DNA of 64,000 bases from Orbicella franksi (Eukaryota). Of the stretch, positions 49,683 to 62,656 are shown piece by piece. Under the pieces are notes generated by a model that saw only the letters and a list, made by a program, of their open reading frames with translations, had not been told where the DNA came from and ran no database searches. How positions within the stretch are numbered: position 1 is the stretch's first letter; the number at the start of each line of letters is the position of its first letter. The translations under genes were made by a program, and so were the position numbers. The stretch lies in contig OZ116698.1 of the NCBI GenBank assembly GCA_964199315.1, forward strand, positions 42,160,001-42,224,000. Reading direction: 5' to 3'.

Positions 49683-49879
49683 TGTGTTGTTCCAGAAATA
49701 TCCATACCCCTCCCATGGAAGGTCTTTTAGCTTGAACCCCCCCCCCCCCGACCCCTCCGGAAATTCCATTTTAGTGTCATACTTTCCTTTAAAAAATTGG
49801 GCTTTTGAAACCCGCCTCCCCCTTGGAATTTCCATTAACCTTCCTTGGGGTGGGTATGGATATTTTCTGGACATGTACA
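49683..49879. mobile_element. MITE
   Basis: TIR core CCAGAAATATCCATACC / GGTATGGATATTTTCTGG; a fragment of the same family lies at about 42400-42430. Confidence 0.7.
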
Positions 49880-49970
49880 ATGTGGATGTACACATTCCTT
49901 ATCCCTCTCAGACTCTGCATACCTTTTCCAGCTTTTATTTATTTCACAACAGTTGCTAAGACTCAGTTAC

Positions 49971-50124
49971 TTACTTACTTACTTAATCCTCTTCGTTCCT
50001 AAGTGGAACATAGGTCCTCAACTAGCGCGCGCCACCTAACCCTATTTTGTGCAGTGCCTTTTGCCTCATTCCACGTAACATGCTTTGCCGCCAACTCTGC
50101 CATTCTCGTGCGCCTCCAGCTGTT
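49971..50124 (-). mobile_element. 5'-truncated RTE-like LINE with 14-bp TSD
   Basis: TSD TAAGACTCAGTTAC (49957-49970, 50125-50138); (TAAG)n tail; encodes NSWRRTRMAELAAKHVTWNEAKGTAQNRVRWRALVEDLCST, typical of an RTE ORF C-terminus. Confidence 0.85.
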
Positions 50125-50343
50125 TAAGACTCAGTTACATACAGATCATTTTATTTTGGTTTTTTTTTTTTTGGTTCTGGATGTGTACAATTGACAGAGG
50201 TTGAGAAAACCATACTTATTTTTTTTAAGTTATTTCTGTTTGGATGTTCTTTGGAAGAGGAACATTTCACCCATTTAAGTTATTTCTGTTCAAGTTTTTT
50301 TCAGGGTAAAGGTAATTAAAGATGAATTGAAACCACGTGTTAA

Positions 50344-50537
50344 CCCCTTAACTTCCAGGAGTGACCAGTAATGAAATTTTCCTTTCTATATTGATTCAAG
50401 GTCACGTAGACATGTTGAGAATTTACAGAATCATCAAGATAAATTGTCTCACACAGTTCAATTCTCAGAAATGCCAGAAAAGAATTACATGACAGTAATT
50501 TAGGAGAATTCATATTTTGATCTTGGAAGTTGAAGGG
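50344..50537. mobile_element. piggyBac-like MITE
   Basis: TTAA left flank, TTAT right flank; TIR CCCCTTAACTTCCAGGA / TCTTGGAAGTTGAAGGG. Confidence 0.7.
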
Positions 50538-51052
50538 TTATACTTTGTTCATGTCTAAGTAGCTTACAGCCAGTTGCTATCAAATGTGGATTTGCACTGT
50601 GCTAAAGTCACTTATCAGTATCCTCCTCACCTTTGACCCGTCAATTTTATTGATCAGTACTTTGGGCCATGTAGATTTTTCATGGTTTTATTGTCACAGA
50701 TGTCATTGTTGTATTAATTCGTTTTACACCAAAAACAGAGCAGAGTCATGTGAATACACTCCTTTTCAGCAGAGATTTAACAACATGTTGTACTTACGAC
50801 AGGTGTTATTTATTGATCACTTTTGACACGGAGGGTGCAATTTTTAGAAAAATTTCAGTTGTAATATAGTGTATATAAACAAGAAAATGATGTTTTATAG
50901 TCATTACAAAACTATTTATTTGTGATTTTAATCACTAGAATTATTGCAGGTAATTATTGTTAGAACTTCATCAATCAAGAATATATAAAATGGAAAAGTG
51001 ATTCCACGCCTATTTAAGACTTGTATTGATTGAAGAATTAGTATGAGATTTA

Positions 51053-51058
51053 AATAAA
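51053..51058 (+). terminator. Candidate polyadenylation signal of NCKX
   Basis: AATAAA about 2.5 kb after the stop, at the end of 3'UTR-like AT/TG-rich sequence. Confidence 0.3.
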
Positions 51059-51443
51059 CAAACCATTTGTCACCAGTCATGAATCATTATGGTGCTTGAG
51101 AAAATTACTGCTGTAAGAGTTGGGGTCACTTAAGTGTATTTGGCTGAAAATTTGTCAGTGTGGGTTAACTTGTTTTGTTAGATAATTTACTAAGAGTGAA
51201 AATGACTAAGCTATGTCCACAAGGCAAGATTCTGGTACCCTATCATTTCGTGGACCTGTTCAAACTTTCAATTGAGTATCCCTGACATTTTTGTAAGGGA
51301 GTCCCCAGCCAGGACAAATTTTAGCCCTTGCCAGGGTCATTATGTTGTGTTCTTGAGCTGGACAATAATAATTGTAGAAATGGCTTCTGGCAGATTAATA
51401 AGCCCTTTGCAGCTAAGCCATCACTTGACCTACTTTTTATTAA

Positions 51444-51765
51444 ATTGTGGGCTGCAACTTTAAGAATGCCAGAAATGGAAAAAGCATGTCGAAAACATCA
51501 AAATGGCCAAAATGGCATTAAAGAATGAGATTTTATGTCAGTTTGAATTTTTTAAAAGGACTAAGAAGATTTGTATGGAAAAAGTTGTTGGAGAGCAAGA
51601 CCTTTCTCTCCAGCAACATTTTCCATAGATATCCTTTAAATTTTCCGAAATTTCAAACTGACGTCTAAACTTACTCTTTAATGCCAGGGGCCTTGAACTT
51701 GGCCATTTTTATATTTTCGATATGCTCTTTCCATTTCTGGCATTCTTTAAATTATAGCCCATAAT
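51444..51765. mobile_element. Foldback (whole-length palindromic) element
   Basis: Outer arms AAGAATGCCAGAAATGGAAAAAGCATGTCGAAAA / TTTTCGATATGCTCTTTCCATTTCTGGCATTCTT; inner arms TGGCATTAAAG..GTCAGTTTGAA and TATGGAAAA..TTGGAGAG / CTCTCCAG..TTTTCCATA. Confidence 0.8.
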
Positions 51766-52587
51766 AAATAATATTTTTAGGAAAATTTTGGTCACATGAC
51801 CCCAGCTGCGAAGGGCCTATCGCAGGAGAGTAACCCTACTTGTGATAATCAGTTAACAGTTGTAGCTTGTCTGAGAAACCACTCCCCAAACCGTAACCCA
51901 AACCCTAACCTTCAGATACCTGATTAAATTGAAGTTTCTGTGAAAAACTGGAGGAACACCCTCTGAGCAAGATGAGTCTTCCCCCCCCCCCCCCCCAATC
52001 CCCATCCATTTACCTGAACTCTGAGGCCCACATACACAACTAGTATGCATGGCTCTCATCAAGAGATTAAAAGAGCCTCTGAAATTTCAGATTTTTTTAA
52101 AAAAGGCATAAGATTCAACACATCTTTCTGTTCCACACCAGAGTTTTGTCATGTTTTCACTTATCTGGAATGTAGTGATATTGCCCTGTGTTCCTCAAGG
52201 GCCTGGAAACTACAAAAAATAAAACCACACAACCAGACTTTGGACAAACTTTTAAATGCGTTTAATTACTTAACTTCAATGTTAGTAGTGGATTTTCTTG
52301 ATAAGTAACTGCTCTTCACCACCCCTTGCCACACCATCCTGTATTAATAATCCTTCTATGTCTAATTCCACACATGTACACTAAATTTACATTTAATTTT
52401 TTTTCCTTTAACCTGGAGGGCCTGAGCTGAAAGCATTCCAACTTTATACCCACATACAAAACAAGCTGGCACTCAGGCAATCTGACAATTAGTCATATAA
52501 ATCAAATCAAAAGCATTATATTAAAACAAACTTCTATAGAATGTATATACATTATTCAGATTTTCTTTAAACAGTCATGTTTTCCTG

Positions 52588-52599
52588 TTTATTTTTATT
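52588..52599 (-). terminator. Candidate polyadenylation signals of Homer
   Basis: Two tandem AATAAA on the minus strand about 1.3 kb after the Homer stop. Confidence 0.35.
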
Positions 52600-53926
52600 T
52601 TAATAAAATTTGACCTAATGAAAATCACACTCTGTAAAATGACTCTAGCCTATATGTAGCCGTACACACCTGAAGAAAAACAGGAAGGAGGAAGCGACAT
52701 TCCCTCCCTACACCTAGGCTACCACTACTCAATAATATATTATAAATTGTTACCTACAGTATTAATTAAATTAATGTACCTTGTACATTCTAAAATTTTA
52801 TTTCAAGAAAGCAATCCCTCTAGCACTAAACAAAGGTTTAATTACATACAAAAACAAAAAGAGCTTTGCCTTGCCTTCTGGTCCTCTTCACAACTATTAT
52901 AGAATTGACAAAACTGCACAATGATTTAAATAATGGTGGTAAAAGAGACCAGTACAAAGATGTTTAAAACCTTCATGTTAATTTAACATGTGGCAACTGG
53001 CTTGACACTTACAACATCACTCATTTTAACAAAATATTCCTGATTTTTAGAGAAATTTTATAATCCAGGAGCAAAACTAGCAAACTGAATTGAATCAAAA
53101 TTTACCAAATGTTTAGGGATCTAGTAACACATCCCTGTCGAAGGCAAGCCACTAGACAAGTTATAGACATTTACAAGGAAAGTAGAAATGACGTTATGGG
53201 TTTGGAAATATGTCTGAGAAAATCATACTTCGTATAATTTATTTATGGTCAAGAAAAGCTGGTGTTGAACATAATTATAGTTACACCTGGTTCTAAATTT
53301 CTTTATTTCTGTTACACTCTGACATTTAAAGGTAACATGCATGTTGCAAATTGAGTCATCACCAACTAAACTAGTGCAGTGTAGAAGTATTCTAGTTCCA
53401 TTTACAGTCAAGCCTTATCAACTGAGCCTAAATTTTACGGAGTTTCAATTATCAGGACTTTTCCATGTGGTCTGTACAATAAGCATGTCTACCTACTGTT
53501 TGAAACCACATGGTCTTAAAAGAACTAATCTGACAAATTATATACATTCTCCCGTGCCTAATAACACAAAAAGCAATATTGATGATGATGATGACAATGA
53601 CACCCACAATAAAGATGATGATGATGATACACAATAGCAATGAAAACCATTGCTTCCAGTAAGTACATGTAGCACAACATAAACCTATGAAAATAAACAG
53701 TTCCCCCAAATTAACGACTGCCCTTCCTAATTTAACCTTTGCTGTTCCCCTATTTTAGCACACAAAAATTCCTACCATAACCTGTGTTCGAAATGCTACT
53801 ATAGCAAATCACAGTCAAAGATGCTTATACACTAACCATTTCATTTGTTTCCTATAAATAAATTAATTTCTGTCTTTCTGCAGCTGATAATTGAGGATAT
53901 AAAGCTGTTTCTACTCATACATTGTT

Positions 53927-56900
53927 TTAACTCTCTGGTGCAGGGGGCCTTGCTTGCAAGCTTGCAGCCAGTCGTACATTGAGCAAGTTCATCTCCTCGA
54001 TTTTGCTAGCCAGTTCCTGCTGAAGTTCAGTGAGTTCCTGAACACGAGTTTCATCCAAAGCTGCAGCACTCATCTGTGATGTCAGCTCTTCTATTTTCAT
54101 TTGCATTGTTTGATTTTCCATCTGCAAAGTCTAAAATAGAGAAAAAATATATACATTTTAACTGTAAAGAACAAGTAATGATTCCAATATTCATGTTTAC
54201 TTAGGAACAATATAAACCATCTACAGTGAAACCTTTATTAAGCGGACACCCTTGGGACCCTCACTAGCATCCACTTAATACAGGGTGTCTGCTCTAAGCA
54301 GGTTCTAACATATTGTGCAATAATAGTTTATTAACCCTTTTGTAACTCAGTGTAACACAATGTAAAATCAAAGACTGCTCATAAGTACAATGTCCAGTCA
54401 GTCGATACATTAATCTGGAATAGCATCACTGAAATATGTTAAAGGAATCTGAGCTGAGCTTTCAGAAGTAAAAAAAACCCTTGAAGTGTCTGCTTATTGC
54501 TGGTTTTGTGCAACAAAATGGCATAATAATGGTGTCCACGTCCTTTAAACAGAGGTGTCCGCTGAATGCAGGTTTATTTTACAGTCAATGTAGGAGGAAA
54601 ATTTTGAGACTCAAGCTGGTGTCCTCTTAATAGAGGGTGCCCACTTAATATGGGGTCTGCTTGACAGAGGTTTCACTGTATCAGCAGAGATCATCCAGTC
54701 TTCAGCCCATAAGTGCTCAGCACTCATCAATATACTAAGGCTTCAACTAAGGTTGGGCTCCAGTCATAGATGACTTCAGTTGCTCTTGGTTCTTATTCAT
54801 AAAAGGTTTTTCTCTGGGTACTTAGCTTTCCTCTCATCCCAAAGACCATTTTCACTTTTCTATTTAAACATATCTATCTTAATTCTTTGTTTTATGTATT
54901 TCTCAAGACTTAAATTCAAAGCTCTGGATTTGCATTTGCAGTTGAAAACACTCATTCCTTAGGGGTTGCAATAACTCAGTCTTAAGCTACCTGGTTTTGA
55001 TTGGTGAGTTCAGCATTTGATTGTCTCAAATTTCCCATGTCCTGCAAAATACAGAAACAGTTATTATAAATAATTCCATGTTATCATATATTGGTGTGTA
55101 CATGTATGGGGAGAAGAAATACTGTTAGAGATAAAATTGAAAATATGAATGGCCAAAAGACAAAACTTCGGCAAACATTACTAATTATGATGAGCAAACA
55201 AATAAACAAACAAACAGACTCACAAGTGAGTTGACAGATAGGCAGAATGCATAGAGAAATGCAACCTTAAATGATGATTGCACTACCAAATTTTCTTTGA
55301 ATAGGGCACAATTAGGTTTACTTTTTCTTTGATTGATTTTAATAACCTGTCAAGAACAGATGTCTACTGATAGAAATTAAAGTCATCTTGACGAATAGGA
55401 TGCTTGAATTCAAGCAAACTAGCTCCTACTGGTAGGACTCCTTTCCCACCCATCCCCTTCCATTCCCCTCTACTCCCCCTCAAGGATGACACACCGACCT
55501 CATCTTTTTGTCTGATCATGCTCTCCAGTTGAATCACTCGGCCATCAAGGGTGAGTTTTTCTTGCTGAACGACATTAAATCTCTCACTAACTTGGTCTGA
55601 CGATTCTAGCTCTTGGACCTAAGCAAAAATAAACAAAATCAGTAAATGGTTGATTCCACCATCATAACATCACTTGCTAAATGACAAACATTGCTTAACA
55701 AGGAGATTCGTTAAGAGCAAAGTGAAAGAACTTGTCAGACAATCATTTTCAGTTATGATTGATTTAGAAAACTGTCAGTGGTTTTCTAAGAAGACTACCC
55801 GTGACAGAACCCTGGAACTTAAATTGAACTGAACTATAACATGGCTGGTCTACTGTGATCACCTTTTTCCTGAGTTTGATATTTTCTTCTTTGTAGGCAT
55901 TTAACTGCTTCTTCCATTCCTCGACATTTGTTGTGCTTTCTTGCAGGGCTGCTGTTAACCTTGCATTGTTATTCTTCAGTGTTTGAAGCTCTGTCTCCCA
56001 TTTTTTAGCATTCGCAGAACTGCAATATCAAGTCCTTTTTCAGTTAAGGTAAAGTCTGCACTCAGGAAAAATGGCCCACCCTGCCAGAGTTAAGCCAATC
56101 TAAGTATTGCTACTTCCCCCTGGATCCGACATTGAAGCATATTCTTAGCAAATCAACGATGTCAGGTTGCACTCACTGATGATTTGGTCTGTAACATTTT
56201 AACGCATGCAACAAGCTTCCAACAAATCTACTTATTGTCTTATTAATAAGTAAATCAAGCTGCCCTACAATACATGTATCCCCATAACTGTTACATTTTG
56301 ACAAATGTTTCTACAACAATCATAGCCCCAGACTTTGTTACATCATGAAAGTCATAACTAATGCAATTTTTAGATGATGGAAACACACGCTGATAGAAAT
56401 TGTGTACCACAAAGTTGAACCATCTAAATTAGCCCTAACAGTTTGGTAGGTTATGACCTGAATCTGCATCAGCTTATTTATTTGTTGTGTTTTCTTTCAA
56501 ACTACTTAGTCGAAATGCAGATGGTTATTTTGACTTTATCTCACCTCAGTTAAACCAATGACATAATGAGCATAAAGCAAATCACAAACAAACTGTGTAA
56601 GATCATGCAACTGGAAAGATCATGGCCACGTTCCATAAGAGTTAAGTTGAGGTTTTCTATCTTTCATTTCCCCTACCTCTGAGCTAAAGCCATCTTCAGA
56701 CGGTCATTTTCATACTTCAGATGTGACTCTGTGTTTCCAATCAATTTATGGCTGATGCCAGAAGATTCCTTTGATTCTTCCTGAAAGGTACATTGTAACA
56801 AAACATAACATGTTTAATATGCTGTTGTCATCCACTTCCCACAAGCTAGAAAAGTCCATGGAATAAATACCAACCAGTTAAATACTTCAAAATCTTTGCT

Positions 56901-59900
56901 ATTATCATGAAACAACATTATCTAAATACTTATCGCCTAAGATTTCTTAACAAGATTCGCAAATCTTCATCAAAAATTTAAACAAGCTAAAAATTTAAAC
57001 TTCTTAATCATGAAACAACTATACAAACCCTTCACTCCAAAAATGCCAAGTGAAAAATAAAAGAAGTGATATACAATTTCACTATGCAAAATACTGCAAA
57101 ACAAACACCACGTGAATTCTATGCTGAAACAGCTTTACTTTGAATGGTTTAACACACTAGGGTTTCTTGAACAGACTAAAATTGCCCGTCACCTTGTATC
57201 TAAGCAAATAAACAGTAACAGACAAAAACACTAGTCAGAATCTTTTGCATGAATGGTCTGACACACTAGGGTTTCATCCAGGGACAAAAAAATTTGGAAC
57301 ATTTTGCCGAGCATATAATAAGAACACCACATGAATATTCCACTCAATAGTTCCCATTTGAATGGTCACACACTACAATTTCAACAAAAGATTATAAAAA
57401 CTGTAGCCACATTGGTTACGCCTGAAGGTTTAACTTTGGAAGTGAAAATGTTAACCTACATACATGTAGCTGACAAGTGAATTTTTGAAATTTAATTTTT
57501 GGACATAGGGAGCAATAAATTTTTAATGCACAAGTTTTGCCAAGTCATTGTGAAGCATGAACTTAATATTCATGTTAATTCACGTGTATTTATTTACTAC
57601 CATCAGCCAAAATCAACTGTAACATAGAAAGTGAAGTGAAATTCGATATATGCTGTTTGTAGCTGTTAAGAACTGAGACAACTGATTAATTAAAGTGCAA
57701 GCCTACATGTAAACACAAAGCTTAAAAATGTTTTTGGTAAAAAATTGACAATTCACACTGGCAAGATAAGCATTAAGCTGTTTACAAGAAATAAGGAAAA
57801 AGCAATTTTAATATAACCAACATGAAGGTAAGCTCACATTACCTTTGATAAAATTTTCATTTTAAATGATGCTGGCAGAGATGCTTTTCTTTTCCCAAAG
57901 CCTGCCATTGTTCTCTTTCTTGAACCATTATGGCTTGTTCAATATTGCCAAATGCTTATTTAACAGAATCATCCATATTTACACAATGCAGTTTGGATGT
58001 TAGATCTTAAGTGAAGTGATAACAAATATCAATTGTTATTTACAAATGATGCACAACTAATTCTTTGTTGAACCACTTACTTAATAAAATTAATAATAAG
58101 TCATTTGTCAAAATATGAAAAATGCTATTGGCCTCCTGTGAGCAAAGTACACCTAAACAGAATTTGATGACATTCCCTTCACTTATTAGCATTATTTTAC
58201 TTTGAAGACAAGATTTATCCATTCAGGACATAAATCACTTAAAAGGCACAAATTCACCAAGACAACATTATTTTATATACCGGTAACAGTCACCAAATAT
58301 TATTTCTGTGATAATACAGTTTAACATGCTTGAATGATTAATTGTCCAATTTCACATGGAAAGATTTGCTGCCAATATTTAACAGCTAAAGCTAATTGAA
58401 ACTACAACAAACAATGAACTGAGTGAAGAATGTTTATTTATTGTCTTAAGGTTTTTTTTTTTATTAATTTCACCTAAAACATTCTAAGAATATATATATG
58501 CATCTTTGAGGATAATTATTGTCAAAAATTACTTTGCAAAATTTGCTGACCACTTTTACAACCTAAGAAGGAAAAAATAACATACAGCTTGACAATGTAT
58601 CTTAAAAATATGCTTTTCGCAATAGTATTGTTCAAAAGGTTTCTTGACCTACATTTCACTCATTACAAGAACAATTCCCGAATACAGGCCAACCATCCTG
58701 CTAATATTGTCATTGACAACACTAATGCTACACTATTAAGTAGTAAAATCAAGTATCAAAACTCTCCAAAGTAAAATGTGAACAAGCGTAACTTCAGTGC
58801 AACAGGGAGCGACAACAATTGTTGCATAACTCTACACGGTTAAGCTGTGCTGATACAGTTTTTGCAATGTTGTCTAAACAGTTCCATTGTTAGTTATGCA
58901 TGACCATGAACAGGCCAATAAATGGCACCGTTTTATGAGGAAAAGAAAACAATATAATGCCAATATATCACATATATTTAACGTCGGACCTCTCCACAAC
59001 AGCCATCTTGGGGACAAAGGGAAGTGGCCGTTGGAGCAAGGTGGCCATTATGGGGACGTAGGAGTGTAATATAACAATTATTGCTTGTTTTGGGGGATGC
59101 AACATATTTTTAAAAAATGCTTTCTGCAGCATAGAAATAAAAAACACAATCAAAATACTTTTAACTGACACCAAACAGAAACGGAGGCCAAAAACACAAG
59201 GTACAAATCAAGTTTTGTGTTCTTTTACTATAAAAAAAAATTGTTTACACCATTCATCGGTTAGTGACTAACTGGCCATTGTTAAGAAGTTATTTTTGGC
59301 AGTTAAGACATACTCTGGTGGCCGTTGCTGTTGTGTAGAGGTGCCCATTGTAAAGAGAAGTTATAATTAGAGTGAATGTATGGACCGTCAACCAAGACAA
59401 AAAAGTGGCTGTAGTAGAGAGGTGTTCCTTAATGGAGGTTCAACTGTATTTAGTAACCCACAGTATTCACAAATTGTACTATGTCTCTTTTTGCTAGTTC
59501 TTGACACTTTCAAATGAATACAGATTGTCTTCACTTCAGACTTGAATCATCAAAGGATTAACCAAAAAGAAAAACAAAAAAAAAAACATTTGTGTATGTA
59601 CCTCTCCACTGCTTGCCGAGGAGTTACTTTTGAGTGACGATGTTTTGTGTCCAACACTGGGTGTATTGAGAGGAGAGTCTGTTGTACCATTCACTGCTCC
59701 ACTTGATGTGCCATTCGTAGTTATAGCATTCACGCCTGTTGCAGATGAATTGGAGTTTCCACTGCTGGTACTACCAGCTGTCCGGGTGGAACCCTTAGCT
59801 TCCTTAAATTTGTCTGCAAACTAATTTCCCGAAGAATGTCAAGTGATTTCAGTTGTTTTTTAATGAATCGCAATATACTGTGCCAGAGGAAAGGCTGAAT

Positions 59901-62656
59901 TCTCTTAAATCTCTGGCATGAAGAAATTACCATTATTATTACAGCCTCCTTAAGGTACACAAAGTACTTATGACTTGTTAAAAAGTTAAAACTAAAAAGG
60001 TCAAATGCTTTTATTTGTTGTTGTTGTTCCTTACCTGTTAAGGTCAAATACTGAGCACTTTCAAATATTTGTACCTTGCTCCAATCTCCAATTTCCTGAA
60101 CCTATCCAGTACAATTCCCAGCCCCTCCCAACCCTCTGTCTTTCCAACCTAATGTTGACTATAACAAGTTAGGTCTCACATTACACAGGATATAAAACAC
60201 AACACCAGCTGCTCACTTATATTGGTTAAGTACATTGTAAATGAAACAATTTTTATCGTAAACAGATATTACATACAAAACATCAACCTTTACATTCAGG
60301 GTACCACATGCTGGAGATGAAAAGCACTTTTTCAAATATAAGGTAGTCAAGAGTTCAAAATGATTTACTGAATGATTGTAAGTATGAGACCTCAGAGTCT
60401 CTCTTCTTCCCAGATTGGGGTGGGGAGGGGGCGGGGCAGAAAACCTGGGAATAAGATTGTATGTATAACTAGATTTAGGTGTACACCTGACGTGTCACAT
60501 GGCTGCATGGCGAGAACTCAAGATTTGTTTTATTGCCAACCTTATTGAGTTCAGCTTCAGATGCAAATCCCAATCCAAACACAGTGTTAGCCCTGGCATC
60601 TGACCACTGGCCAAACTTCTGTGATGTCTTCGTGAATGTCATGTTCGGCACAATGGTGCTGTTGACAATTGCCTGTCACAATAACAACAACACGTGAAAA
60701 TTTAGTGAATCTTGTCTTCTCTGGGATATACATTGTGTGAGGCCAAGTTGGTTTAAAACCAGAGCAAAACCACTTCTACTAAGGAATTAGAAGACAATCC
60801 ATAATTCTGTTCTTAGATACTAGTTCCCTATCCACTTTACCCAGGACTAGGCTGATTAACAGGTAGATTCTGGATCGAGAGGTCTGGGTTCCAGTATCAT
60901 TAGTATTCTTGGTACAAATCTTGTCCAGCAGAGAGTTGAAATTATTCTTACTACCCTTAATAATAGACCATTTCCAAGTTGCCTTTTGCCTCTGTGTCAA
61001 AACAAGTCTTCGTGCAAAACTATTCATATGAAAATAAGTTCCGCCAGGTTCATTTTCATGCAAATCAAACTTATTTTCATAAGAAAGGTTTTGCACAAAG
61101 ACTTGTTTTGAAACAGACTGAGGCTTCCAGCTAAGGCATGAGTAGTTCTTGAGACAAAGGTCAGCTTTTATTTTCGGAACAAATATATCAAGGTATGTCA
61201 GTAATTTTTACTATAGATCATCCAGTTATCAAGGATTAATATGTGTTGCAACAGGTTTTCATCAAAATACTATAACACAAAAATAACAGCTTTTATTTTT
61301 GAGCAACTCAAGAGGTACATTGTCTCATGAGTGCTTCAAATGTATAACCTTATTTTGTTTATTGTTAAGCAACGACGTTAAAATTGGCAACCATGTGGCT
61401 TGCAGACAATAACTGCTTAAATATTAATAGAAGCTGCAAAGTTATCAAGAGTAGAGTGAACATGTACCAACTTTATATAGGAAACAGTTTATACACGTAT
61501 CTGTTTTCCACGTTCAAATGAGCGCTTATATCCGCCATATTAAGTATTGCTGTTTGAATAACTTTAAAATTAGTCGCGTAAAATTCAAATTAGCCAAAAA
61601 AACCCGAGTGACCGACATGACTACCTTAAGAACAATGAACTTGATTATAATGCTTTCAAAATTGCGTTCGAGAGTCAAGAGCGCGTAATAATGTTTGAAT
61701 GCCTTGATGAACGCTTCGACGAATTCGATAATTGCTGAATTTCACAGTGTTCCAATTATCTCCGAGAGCAACGATACAAAAATGTATTTTTTTTTTTAAA
61801 TAAACATTTTCTTTGCAGGCAAATGGGGTTTATTTTCTTAAAGATAAGTGAAAAAATTCCAAACAGTCCGGCTACAACCTGTTAGCAGGTCTTTGTTTGA
61901 CCTGGTGTCAAATATAATATATTGATACAGTTTAGGAATGCATCAAATTCGATTTGAGGGACAAATGGTAAATATCCATAATTATTACTGCTTACTGCGA
62001 TCGAAAGTTTATTTCAAGAAATACTACATGTATTTCAGTCGTTCTTAAAACAAGTTTTTGGTCCAAAAATATTATGTTTGACAGCAGACAAGGTAAAACA
62101 CTTTAGGTTTTGGCTAGAAGCCATATCAAGACATTGCGACTGAAATGGTTTCCTCCATAACAGGAAAATACAACACGATTTCAGCTCCTAAACTTCCTGC
62201 CACAGAATTTCACCACAAGCAACCTATAACAAAGTCTAAGTACAATTTCACGCGTTAAGTGAGAAAAGTAGAAAGGATTAGTAAAAAGTTTGAGATTAGC
62301 GAGAACACAACGCGATTTAAGCTTCTATTTAACGAATAAATTGCGAAGTTAGCGAATTCGATTCAACCACATTTCCAGTCCCCCATGTCATAAAAAGAGT
62401 TTCTTTCCTACCTTTGCGCCATCGACGGATATGATGCGATGAGTTTCCTTGTTCGGATCATAATAAAAGGACACTGTTACAGCCTGTTTAGAGCAAGGAA
62501 GCCAGCTCTTTTTGGTGCTTGGGTCGATTTGAAAGACGTGTGCTCTGGTCGAATACACCGGCTGTTCCCTGCCGAGGAATACATTAATTAGAAATCAAAA
62601 ACTGCTCCTGTTTCAATTATGATTGCATTCTAAAACAAAACGACAGTTTACCCCAT
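53927..62656 (-). CDS. HOMER: Homer scaffold protein (EVH1 domain + coiled coil), 9 exons, 382 aa
   Basis: Exons (minus): 62656-62652 (ATGGG), 62568-62412, 60672-60541, 59820-59602, 56780-56677, 56019-55863, 55618-55499, 55041-54991, 54130-53927(TAA); 1149 nt, phase-consistent. [71 protein letters not shown]; coiled coil [43 protein letters not shown]. Confidence 0.95.
54224..54678. mobile_element. Tc1/mariner-pogo (Tigger-like) MITE
   Basis: TA TSD; perfect 11-bp TIR CAGTGAAACCT / AGGTTTCACTG, extending imperfectly. Confidence 0.85.
57115..57400. repeat. Tandem repeat, about 110-bp unit x3
   Basis: GAATGGT..CACACTAGGGTTTC at about 57143 and 57251, degenerate at about 57360. Confidence 0.7.
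58980..59448. mobile_element. Tc1/mariner-pogo-type MITE (degenerate left end)
   Basis: Right end GGAGGTTCAACTG-TA; left GTCGGACCTCTCCACAAC; repeated GTGGCCGTTG motifs. A partial relative lies at about 47164-47260. Confidence 0.55.
60961..61116. mobile_element. Palindromic MITE (right end truncated)
   Basis: Arms CAAAACAAGTCTTCGTGCAAAAC / GTTTTGCACAAAGACTTGTTTTG around ATGAAAA..TTTTCAT. Confidence 0.65.

Noticed and set aside
53580-53630. Poly-Asp tract (GAT)n in ORF 53341-53637(+)
   Set aside because: Microsatellite in the Homer 3'UTR (antisense); no gene context.
54780-54990. Extra Homer exon between exons 8 and 9 ([18 protein letters not shown])
   Set aside because: No in-phase acceptor with a pyrimidine tract; read-through from exon 8 stops after two codons; the rest is SINE-derived.
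62384-62386. ATGGGG at 62386 as the Homer start
   Set aside because: It lies downstream of coding exon 2 (intron 2), has no GT after ATGGG, and its frame closes after 7 codons.
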